A stretch of 64,000 nt of DNA. It comes from Macrostomum lignano (taxonomy: Eukaryota). Under the pieces are notes generated by a model. It was not told the DNA's origin. It saw nothing but the letters and a program-made list of their open reading frames with translations, and did not search any database. Shown here piece by piece: positions 34,885 to 46,349 of this stretch. The stretch's first letter is position 1. Each line of letters starts with the position of its first letter. The DNA lies in the NCBI GenBank assembly GCA_002269645.1, contig NIVC01001777.1, positions 91,429 to 155,428 on the forward strand. The letters run 5' to 3'. Both the position numbers and the translations under genes were made by a program.

Positions 34885-36760
34885 CTGCGGAGGTGATGAT
34901 GGCTGCTGGATTTGGTTGGCTGGTCGAGACTCAAGCTAAATCGTCAAGAGTTATTCGTGGTCTTTTTAAGAATATATTTCGACGCATATTGCTTGCTGAA
35001 TGTTTAAACAGTATAGTGAAATTGTGACAAAAATTTCCTAGAATTCTACTTCTAAGTCATCGATAATTTCGAAATCATTCCTAGAAAGCTCCTAGTTTTT
35101 GCAGTTAAACTAAAACGATTTCTATGTTTTGAAAGTGACCAAACAGCAACAATAATTTTCGATTAGAAAACTTTTGCTCGCGTCAACATCGCGAGGAATG
35201 AGAACCGCGTATTCATATTCGGCTCATGCTACGCGAAAATCATTAACAGGATCCTTTTTAAGTCAAAATTGACTTTATTGAAATATAAAAAAGGAAAAAA
35301 ACTTGGATGGAAAACGCCAAAATTTGACTATAGTGAAGAAATAAACAGAGAGTAGCAGCATATAAAAAATCGACAAAAGAAACTGGATACGAATACAAAG
35401 AAAATTGCTAACGGAAGTGCCATTAAAGCGCCGCCTTTTATCTCTCTTTCTCCTTTTATCCTTGCTGCATTTTCCTTTTTCCCGTTAGCTAACTGTGGAG
35501 GAGGGGGCAGAAAAAAACGTAAATCCTCTTATAAAAATCCCAATTCTAAATCCCCGGTTATCTAAAAATGCCCCCCTCCCCCTCGCAGACCAGAAGCGCC
35601 GCGCCTGCGAGTACTGTATGCCAATATATGGTTAAGCTAGAAAGAAGATTGGGGCAGACAGAAATGAAGAATTAAGCCAAAAAAACATTGCGCCCTGCTC
35701 CCCTGCAACCATCGGCGAATGCGAGGGGTGTCTAATAGAAATATGTGTATATAGCTACGAGTATATAGAAGAATTGTTTTCGTCCTTGACATGCTGCTGC
35801 AGGCAGTTGCGGCCCCTCTTAGGCTGGTGCATGGTTCGTTTTTTGCGCGATTTTCAAACCACCCCCTCCCCCCAAAGACTTAGGCAACGCGGTCTCTCTG
35901 GTGGAGAGCGTGCCGGAGCTGTGGCCACTGCTGTGCACTACTGTGTGTGTGTGTGTGCCAGGCCGATAGAGAAAGAGACGAAGATAGAGAGTGAAGGGAT
36001 AAAACTGAGCCTCGGATTGCTGCGTCACGCCGATTTATCGATTTTTAATCCAGTTGCGTGTCAGCTTATTTTCGGCTAGGGCTTACGGCATGAGGCTATA
36101 TGTTAATGGATATAAGCTAGATTGCTACTCTAGTGCTGCTTGGGTCAAGCAAATTAATGAATATCTGCATCGGGACTGCGGACTACAGCTCTGCTCTTGC
36201 CATGAAAAGATAGATTGGAGCTTAGCTTGGACCAAACGACTGCTTGTCCGCAGCACTGCAGGTACTTCCATAATTTTCGTGTGGTTTTGTGAGCTTCTGC
36301 AATCAAAAGTTGTTGTTCCACTTCGAGACGATTAGGGTCAGTCCACCAGCTTCAATACACAACGAGCGACGCTTAAATTCAAGACACCCTGGTTTTAAAT
36401 AAACTTCTAGCGCAGCTTCCTCTCCTCTGTTTGAGTGACCAGTACTGTGTTGGATCTTTATACTCAAGTATAAAAGAGCTTTACCTATACGGCATGCAGA
36501 GCAGTACTTTAGGAAATTCACAGGTTGGACATCGGAGAAAACTTATTGTCCCTCCAAGGCATTGATGAGTTGTCGTAGCAAAAAAATGAGAAAAAAATCG
36601 ACAATCAATGCAAAAGTTATCGAACCGACATGGAGCAGCGAGTTTCTGTTTTATCCAATGGTGGGCCACCGCTCTTAGCTGATCCCGACTCGACCTGATC
36701 CCCTCGCGCGATCTCTCACAACACTCTCAAGGGAAAGAGCCTGCCAGTTAACATCGCAAG

Positions 36761-36794
<34 letters not shown>

Positions 36795-36797
36795 ACG

Positions 36798-39700
36798 CAC
36801 CGGGCACTTGTTGGTACGGTATACAATGGTGGGCACTTATTTTGCAATTTTTTTTGACACACGAAAACACACACATACACACAGTGCAATGACCTATTAA
36901 GTATTTTTTGCATTTAAATGATGAAAAAAAGCATGCATTGAAACAAAAAAGCACGCCCCATACTAATAGTATGATCTATTGAAAGTGAAGGAATAGCATA
37001 TCATCGTGTAACTATATTGTCCTCAGTCCAGCGAATTCAGCATTACTTGAAATACAAAAGGTTTCGTTAAAGCCAATCCACATGAAGGAAAAACTAGTTA
37101 TAAGCAGTCTATTTACCTTTACCTTTACTAATACGCTATAATGCTGTACGCAATATGCCTGACTAATATGAATAAAAAATTCAATTACACTTGCGCTTAG
37201 GAAAAAACCTAAAATTGACAGTGAAACTGAAAAACTGAAACGCAGAGATTAGTTAAGCAGATTAAACAACAAATTCCGGTCGAGTGAGAAAACAGGAGTC
37301 TCGTTATTTAGAGCACTCTGGCATCTAGCATTACTCTCGTAGACTATTAGCTGCTCTCCTGAGTTCGAAGCTGACAGGTCCGTTGCAGTCGGCATCGATT
37401 GAGTCGACTGCCAATTTAGTCAATGGGTTTCGTTTCTTCTTTTCACTGGAACCTGTGGTGGGATTAGCAAAAGATCGATTTCGCATATCTATTTAGTGAT
37501 TTCAAGGACGACAAAATCATTCTTCTCTGCATGTCAGCTCCAGAAGATGCTAGTTTGCTTGCAGCTTTCTGTAGGAGCATTCTACTTTAGTAAAGTGTAC
37601 CCATTCTAAAATAAGCTGTTTTTAATATGTCCCAACAAGTCTCTGTGCAGTGTGTCATCCGTTTGCCCATCAATTTGTTCTGGAGCCCTTTATTAATTGA
37701 GTTCTTTAGGTGACTTAACAAATGCGGAAAAAACTAGACACACACACACACAGTGGCCCAACACTTCGTGTCCCAATAATTGCTAGGAAAAATGCACTGC
37801 AGTGTTTAAGCATCTCCTCTGAGGGGCCCTTGCAAGCATAGCTATAGAATCTGCTAAGACCCGATCTGAGAGTTAAAAGTACAAAAAGTTATAACGCTTC
37901 TAGACACGAAAACGAATGCAGCCACAGCATGAACTAACCTTTCATTGAAGCTTCTGCTTTAAAGACTTTGATGCTGTGAAGCATTCTGGCATCTAGCATT
38001 ACTCTCGTAGACTATTAGCTGCTCTCCTGAGTTCGAAGCTGACAGGTCCGTTGCAGTCGGCATCGATTGAGTCGACTGCCAATTTAGTCAATGGGTTTCG
38101 TTTCTTCTTTTCACTGGAACCTGTGGTGGGATTAGCAAAAGATCGATTTCGCATATCTATTTAGTGATTTCAAGGACGACAAAATCATTCTTCTCTGCAT
38201 GTCAGCTCCAGAAGATGCTAGTTTGCTTGCAGCTTTCTGTAGGAGCATTCTACTTTAGTAAAGTGTACCCATTCTAAAATAAGCTGTTTTTAATATGTCC
38301 CAACAAGTCTCTGTGCAGTGTGTCATCCGTTTGCCCATCAATTTGTTCTGGAGCCCTTTATTAATTGAGTTCTTTAGGTGACTTAACAAATGCGGAAAAA
38401 ACTAGACACACACACACAGTGGCCCAACACTTCGTGTCCCAATAATTGCTAGGAAAAATGCACTGCAGTGTTTAAGCATCTCCTCTGAGGGGCCCTTGCA
38501 TGCATAGCTATAGAATCTGCTAAGACCCGATCTGAGAGTTAAAAGTACAAAAAGTTATAACGCTTCTAGACACGAAAACGAATGCAGCCACAGCATGAAC
38601 TAACCTTTCATTGAAGCTTCTGCTTTAAAGACTTTGATGCTGTGAAGCATTCTGGCATCTAGCATTACTCTCGTAGACTATTAGCTGCTCTCCTGAGTTC
38701 GAAGCTGACAGGTCCGTTGCAGTCGGCATCGATTGAGTCGACTGCCAATTTAGTCAATGGGTTTCGTTTCTTCTTTTCACTGGAACCTGTGGTGGGATTA
38801 GCAAAAGATCGATTTCGCATATCTATTTAGTGATTTCAAGGACGACAAAATCATTCTTCTCTGCATGTCAGCTCCAGAAGATGCTAGTTTGCTTGCAGCT
38901 TTCTGTAGGAGCATTCTACTTTAGTAAAGTGTACCCATTCTAAAATAAGCTGTTTTTAATATGTCCCAACAAGTCTCTGTGCAGTGTGTCATCCATTTGC
39001 CCATCAATTTGTTTTGGAGCCCTTTATTAATTGAGTTCTTTAGGTGACTTAACAAATGCGGAAAAAACTAACACACACACACAGTGGCCCAACACTTCGT
39101 GTCCCAATAATTGCTAGGAAAAATGCACTGCAGTGTTTAAGCATCTCCTCTGAGGGGCCCTTGCAAGCATAGCTATAGAATCTGCTAAGACCCGATCTGA
39201 GAGTTAAAAGTACAAAAAGTTATAACGCTTCTAGACACGAAAACGAATGCAGCCACAGCATGAACTAACCTTTCATTGAAGCTTCTGCTTTAAAGACTTT
39301 GATGCTGTGAAGCATTCTGGCATCTAGCATTACTCTCGTAGACTATTAGCTGCTCTCCTGAGTTCGAAGCTGACAGGTCCGTTGCAGTCGGCATCGATTG
39401 AGTCGACTGCCAATTTAGTCAATGGGTTTCGTTTCTTCTTTTCACTGGAACCTGTGTGGGATTAGCAAAAGATCGATTTCGCATATCTATTTAGTGATTT
39501 CAAGGACGACAAAATCATTCTTCTCTGCATGTCAGCTCCAGAAGATGCTAGTTTGCTTGCAGCTTTCTGTAGGAGCATTCTACTTTAGTAAAGTGTACCC
39601 ATTCTAAAATAAGCTGTTTTTAATATGTCCCAACAAGTCTCTGTGCAGTGTGTCATCCGTTTGCCCATCAATTTGTTCTGGAGCCCTTTATTAATTGAGT

Positions 39701-41736
39701 TCTTTAGGTGACTTAACAAATGCGGAAAAAACTAGACACACACACACAGTGGCCCAACACTTCGTGTCCCAATAATTGCTAGGAAAAATGCACTGCAGTG
39801 TTTAAGCATCTCCTCTGAGGGGCCCTTGCATGCATAGCTATAGAATCTGCTAAGACCCGATCTGAGAGTTAAAAGTACAAAAAGTTATAACGCTTCTAGA
39901 CACGAAAACGAATGCAGCCACAGCATGAACTAACCTTTCATTGAAGCTTCTGCTTTAAAGACTTTGATGCTGTGAAGCATTCTGGCATCTAGCATTACTC
40001 TCGTAGACTATTAGCTGCTCTCCTGAGTTCGAAGCTGACAGGTCCGTTGCAGTCGGCATCGATTGAGTCGACTGCCAATTTAGTCAATGGGTTTCGTTTC
40101 TTCTTTTCACTGGAACCTGTGGTGGGATTAGCAAAAGATCGATTTCGCATATCTATTTAGTGATTTCAAGGACGACAAAATCATTCTTCTCTGCATGTCA
40201 GCTCCAGAAGATGCTAGTTTGCTTGCAGCTTTCTGTAGGAGCATTCTACTTTAGTAAAGTGTACCCATTCTAAAATAAGCTGTTTTTAATATGTCCCAAC
40301 AAGTCTCTGTGCAGTGTGTCATCCATTTGCCCATCAATTTGTTCTGGAGCCCTTTATTAATTGAGTTCTTTAGGTGACTTAACAAATGCGGAAAAAACTA
40401 GACACACACACACAGTGGCCCAACACTTCGTGTCCCAATAATTGCTAGGAAAAATGCACTGCAGTGTTTAAGCATCTCCTCTGAGGGGCCCTTGCATGCA
40501 TAGCTATAGAATCTGCTAAGACCCGATCTGAGAGTTAAAAGTAAAAAACTTATAATTTTTGTGGTTGGACACGTAGGCTATTGAATGTCAATGGATTCAG
40601 ACGAAATGTCAAGTTTTACTCAAAGCTTTTACAGCCTACCGGTTAAAGTCGACGGATCCTTTGGCAATTGCGCCACATGACAGTTGAGCAAAGATGATAT
40701 CCCTGAAGTAGAGATAGAGATAAGTAGGAGCAGTATTTTTTATAGCATTTAAATATAAATGCTTCTTGTTTCCGACAATTTCTTTTAATACCACTTACAT
40801 TTTTATCGCTGTGCCATTCCATGCTGTTCTTTCCATACCATGGTGACTCGGGTGCCATGGCAGAGGCAGAGTTGACCATTGATTTCAGCATAGCGAGTAC
40901 ATGCCAATTTTGTTTACCGTAAGTTTGCGGGGTGGCGTCAATAATAGACCAAAATAAATGTACACTTAACTAGCAAGGGGACTCTGGTAAATTGGAGCCA
41001 TGTACACAGGGGGGTAGGGCTTAGTCCTAACATGTACGGGGTAAGTCCTAATAGAAGTGGGCTATTGTAAACGACACTGTAGCACACAGTCCCAACAATT
41101 TATAGAATATCGAATGCACGCAGCAGTCAATAGCAAGTCCTAACAAGAGTAGGCTGTTGTATTAAACTGCAACACTGTCCTAACAATTTAGTTCGTGTAG
41201 AGTACTACTGATGCCCATCACAGTCAGAAGTACATGTAAGCCCTTGTCATTTCTTTAGGTTTATCTCCATCCAGAACCATCCTTTGACAATAAAATACCC
41301 TTAAAAGTGTTTTGCTATGCTTTGCTTTGTATGTATTTAATGTATGCTATGTATATAAGTCTTGAAATAAAGACTGCAGCAAATGAATGCGCTTGAAATC
41401 TACTATTAGTAAAAATATGAGAAAAAACCAATAAAAATATACGGGAGCAGATTAGCCATTTCAGTGTCCCAATAGTGATTTGGTCGAATTTTGTATCATT
41501 TTTCATTATTGGGACGCCAGTTTTTGCTTAATTATGGACTCAGAAAGTAAAATTATTAGAAATGAGTTGCACCATCAAAAAGAGGCTGTCGAGCTGAATC
41601 CATAGAGTATTTTTTTGAGCTGCTATTGTAAGTTTTTTGGAAGTGTTGGACGGACTTGATGGGACAGTCCCAACATTTTTTTTGGCCCAACAGCGCGGGT
41701 CCCGTTGTATGCGTATGGCCCAACAAATGCCCCGTG
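36798..41736. mobile_element. 4.9-kb non-autonomous DNA transposon with CAC...GTG termini (CMC/EnSpm-like) in the GPCR intron
   Basis: Left end CACCGGGCACTTGTTGG; right end reverse complement CACGGGGCATTTGTTGG (15/17). 2-bp CG duplication. (CA)n tracts on both outer sides. Many GTCC(C/T)AA(C/T)A subterminal motifs. Confidence 0.6.
37311..40545. repeat. Tandem array of ~665-668-bp units (4 full plus 1 partial)
   Basis: CTGGCATCTAGCATTAC recurs at 37318, 37986, 38652, 39317 and 39982. Copies differ by only a few SNPs and CA-tract length. Confidence 0.97.
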
Positions 41737-41999
41737 CGCAAACACACACACACACACACACACTCTGCAGCGGTTCCGTGAAGTGCACAACCATAGGAAT
41801 TGCCTTGATTCACTCCCTCCCGCTCACCCGTTTCTCCTTGTAATCTCGTTCGATTTCTTTCTCACTGCTGCGCAGTAATGAATGCTAGAGCAAGATTGCT
41901 TAAATCTACAAGCATACGCTCGTATGCGGAGTTATTGAATGAATGAAAAGAAAATCATCCAATTTGTTTGCGCGTAGTGTCGGTCATCAATTCTGTAGC

Positions 42000-42260
42000 T
42001 CAAATATGATTTAATACAATACATTCTTTAATTTGTATAGTACCCGCGGGTCAGCTCAGGGCGATGTACTCGTAGTGAGCTCGTTTGGACATTTAGGTTA
42101 GGCTGTTTTAGTTGGACCGAAGTATACGCATAAAAAGTGCCCGCACACTAGGCCTATAGGTCAATCTCTGTACACGAATATCAAATTTGTGTGTCCAGTC
42201 GCGGAATCGAACTCAGGGATTAAAGAGTCACGATGATATGCTTACTCAAGCTCAAAGGTG
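42000..42260 (-). mobile_element. Possible tRNA-derived SINE relic
   Basis: Minus strand has an A-box-like TGAGCTTGAGTAAGC, GACTCTTTAATC (like the tRNA-Lys anticodon arm), B-box GAGTTCGATTCC, and a TGTATTGTATT tail ~200 nt later. Degenerate. Confidence 0.3.
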
Positions 42261-42329
42261 ATACATGTACGTGTGTCAGGGCTTATGATGTTTGGTAGAC
42301 GGTAGCTTACTAGCCACAAGCATCCGCGT

Positions 42330-43000
42330 TGCAAGCATCCTTAGTAGCAGACATTCGGATAGCAAAGACCTGAGTAAGCAGACATCCGGATAGCAAACAT
42401 CTGGATAGCAAACATCTGGGTAGCAAACATCTGGGTAGCAAAACAGCTGGGTAGCAAGCATCCGGGTAGCAAGACATCTGGGTAGCAAATATCCGGGTAG
42501 CAAACATCTGGGTAGAAAACATCCGGGTAGCAAACATCTGGTTAGCTAACATCCGGATAGCAAACACCTGGGTAGCAAACATCCGGGTAGCAAACATCCG
42601 GATAGCAGACATCTGGGTAGCAAACATCTGGTAGCAAACACCTGGGTAGCAAACACCTGGGTAGCAAACACCTGGGTAGCAAACACCTGGGTAGCAAACA
42701 CCTGGGTAGCAAACACCTGGGTAGCAAACATCTGGTAGCAAAACAGCTGGGTAGCAAACATCTGGTAGCAAAACATCTGGGTAGCAGACATCTGGGTGTG
42801 CAAACATCTGGGTAGCAAACACCTGGGTAGCAAACATCTGGTAGCAAAACAGCTGGGAAGCAAACATCCGGATAGCAGACACCTGGATAGCAGACACCTG
42901 GATAGCAGACACCTGGGTAGCAAACACCTGGGTAGCAAACATCCGGATGGCAGACATCTGGGTAGCAAATATCCGTGTAAAAATATCCGGGTAGCATACG
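42330..43000. repeat. 15-16-bp minisatellite (GGGTAGCAAACATCT family)
   Basis: Read directly. Confidence 0.93.
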
Positions 43001-44189
43001 GGGTCTCTCGTGATGTTATTAAGAGGGGTTAACCCGTTCCCAAGGTCATTTTCACATTTTTTCTTTTAGTTGCACTATTACCTATAATTAGCTATAAAGT
43101 AAACATAACCTCGCTTACGACAGCCTAGCTGTCTTAGTCACTGCATGCTCATATTATAAATAGCTTGTTATAAAGAGTCAATATCGCTACTTAATGTGCT
43201 CGGATGTTCAATCAATTGGAATTGTTTATTATGTGCGATTGGCTGCCGAGAGGCGCTATATGGCGGGACAGAGACTGCCTGGCCACACTCTGCCGTCTCA
43301 AACACTTCCCCTCGCTGATCCCTACACTCGACCTTCACCCTCCGGCTCGCTCTCTCTGGACTTGCCATCGCCTAAAGCTAAACTAAATCCACAAAAAATA
43401 AGGGTTAGAGGAGAAGGGACAGGCTGCTTGCATGCTGGGCATCTGGCATTCATGGAACGCGGTCGCGACTAAAGAGGAATCTGCGCGGTAATCCAGTCAG
43501 TGTTTACAGCCGACCCCCAGCCCCGCCCCGATTTATTCCCAGACTGTGGGGAGGGAGAAAGCTAAGCTAAGAGCCTATGCGCAGCTAGCTGTGCCAGAAT
43601 TCTGGCTCCTGTTGCACGCCTAGCATTGGGGTAAGAGCCTTTTGTCCTGGGCAGTGATGGAGACTGATGCTTGTAGCGCGTGTTGGTCAGCGTCCTGAGT
43701 ACACACATTAAACAGGGCATAATTCCAGACTTGGGGAGAGTTGGCCAACCGCGGAGTCCCTTTGAGGCAATTTTCTAGTCTGCAGTCTAGCTGTGTTTAC
43801 AATCTAATTCCTATTGAGCCGCTGTGAGTTCTGCTCAATCTCCCAATCTGCCAGTATCTCTTCTCGCTAAATCTCTATCTCTGTCTCTCTGTGCCCTTAA
43901 TTTTTCCCGACTCTCAGGCTGCCCTCGTCAGCTTACTTAAACTGTCGTCATCTTTCTCCACGGTTTCTTTCTATATCGAATCAACTTTTTACTTACTATT
44001 TAGCTGTCTTTCTACATTGTCTACCAGAATATGCTAAGAGGATGGATTGAGATGGAGAAGGGAGAGAGGTAGAGAGGAGAAGGGATCTGCTCTGTCTTAT
44101 TATTGTTTTCATTGCAATATAGTTATTTAAATTTTCAATATATACATTTGGTATTCTTAACCAAATCCAAAAATAGATACAAAACATTT

Positions 44190-44925
44190 TATGAGATCTC
44201 AATGAAATCTTGTGAGATTTGAATGCAATCTAGTGAGATTTGAATGAAATTTAGTGAGATTGGAATGAAATCTAGTGAGATTGGAATGAAATCTAGTGAG
44301 ATTTGAATGAAATTTAGTGAGATTGGAATGAAATCTAGTGAGATTTGAATGAAATCTTGTGAGATTTGAATGAAATCTACTGAGATTTGAATGAAATCTA
44401 GTGAGATTTGAATGAAATATAGTGAGATTTGAATAAATATAGTGAGATTTGAATGAAATATAGTGAGATTTGAATGAAATTTAGTGAGATTGGAATGAAA
44501 TCTAGTGAGATTGGAATGAAATCTAGTGAGATTTGAATGAAATCTTGTGAGATTTGAATGAAATCTACTGAGATTTGAATGAAATCTAGTGAGATTTGAA
44601 TGAAATATAGTGAGATTTGAATAAATATAGTGAGATTTGAATGAAATATAGTGAGATTTGAATGAAATTTAGTGAGATTGGAATGAAATCTAGTGAGATT
44701 GGAATGAAATCTAGTGAGATTTGAATGAAATCTAGTGAGATTTGAATGAAATCTAGTGAGATTTGAATGAAATTTAGTGAGATTGGAATGAAATCTAGTG
44801 AGATTTGAATGAAATCTTGTGAGATTTGAATGAAATCTACTGAGATTTGAATGAAATCTAGTGAGATTTGAATGCAATCTACTGAGATTTCAATTAAATC
44901 CAGTGAGATTTCAATGAGATCTATT
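44190..44925. repeat. 21-bp minisatellite (TAGTGAGATTTGAATGAAATC)
   Basis: About 34 copies with higher-order variant repetition. Confidence 0.95.
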
Positions 44926-45469
44926 TTAGATCTAAACGGGATCTCTTAAGTGTTAGAGAGATGACTTCAAAGCAACAACCTCTGCGCTCTTAACCTCTCG
45001 TACTTCGAAGTAAAAGTAATGTGTGGATTTCAAAGGGACAACCAGTACTTGTATGGTAAATAGAGGTCTTGTGCTAAGACTACTCTGATTTCAAGTTATC
45101 CTCAACCCCTAAAGTCCTTGATTTCATTATCTTGTTTTTTTACTAATTAAGAAATTGTCATCCCAGCTCCATCAGCGGTGCCGGCCCAGCCGATCCAAAT
45201 CCTTGTTGGAGTCAGACTATATAAATTCAATTACGTCAATTATGACGAAGCCAGGAAGTTGCAAGCCAAGCAGTTGTTAAATACTCGTAGCGACTGCGAA
45301 GCATAAAATATATATAATTACGCTGAAACCGCTATGCAATGTTTGTCACTAAGATTACTGTAACATTATCGATAATCCTTCCCTCTTGCGACTCTGCTGC
45401 TCTTCGGACTCTTGCGTCGGGATTTGGCTAATTTGATTCTGTGAGACTGTAGCATGATCTGTCCTTTCC

Positions 45470-45489
45470 CCCCCTCTCTCTCTCTCTCT

Positions 45490-45530
<41 letters not shown>

Positions 45531-45870
45531 TCTCTCTCTCTACTCTCTCTGACTACTCTCCCATCTGCCTTTCTCCTTCTCCCATCTGCCTCTCTCCTTC
45601 TCCCGTCTGCCTCTCTCCTTCTCCCATCTGCCTCTCTCCTTCTCCCATCTGCCTCTCTCCTTCTCCCATCTGCCTCTCTCCTTCTCCCATCTGCCTCTCT
45701 CCTTCTCCCATCTGCCTCTCTCCTTCTCCCATCTGCCTCTCTCCTCCCATCTGCCTCTCTCCTTCTCCCATCTGCCTCTCCTTCTCCTATCTGCATTTCT
45801 CCTTCTCCCATCTGCCTCTCTACTTCTCCCATCTGCCTCTCTTCTACTTGCCTTTCTCCTGCTTGCCTTC
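45470..45870. repeat. (TC)n followed by a 21-bp minisatellite (CCCATCTGCCTCTCTCCTTCT)
   Basis: Read directly. Confidence 0.93.
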
Positions 45871-46349
45871 AACTCCTCTCTACTGTCCTTCTGTACTCGT
45901 ACTCTCCATTAAACTGATACTCAGCGCTTAGAAGCGTAGGTGTGAGCTCAGTGCTGAGGCGACTCCATGTTTGTTAAAAACAGACGCATTATCCACCCGC
46001 TACTCCACTACCCCTTTCCCCTATTTATTTATTAGCTACAGGAGGTTTTCACATTTCATTGAGTGTAGCTTCTTAATTTTGCATTCCTTATTTAGCTAAC
46101 TGGGATTTAAACGACATTTTGAGATTTCTTGACACTTTCAAACAACGTTTTGCAATTCCTGATTGCCAGAAGCAGTCACTTAATACCATGTCGTGCTTTG
46201 AAGCCTTGAACGTAATCTTCAGCGATTTGCTGATGCCATTAATCGGCTCAGCTGATTTGATCAAGAGGCGCATATTTAGAACAGAAAATTAATCCTGTCA
46301 GATTGGCAATCGGACACTCAAGCTGGAACAGGCGAAAGGCTGACATTTC

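Noticed and set aside
37745-37765. CACAGTG (RAG heptamer / Transib terminus) in each 666-bp unit
   Set aside because: It arises at the end of a (CA)n tract, with no partner inverted end, nonamer or 5-bp TSD.
37311-40545. SL RNA, snRNA or 5S gene cluster
   Set aside because: The unit size is suggestive, but there is no SL exon plus GT donor, and no U1/U2/U6 or 5S signature. Only an 8-nt ATTGAGTC chance match to the anti-SL.
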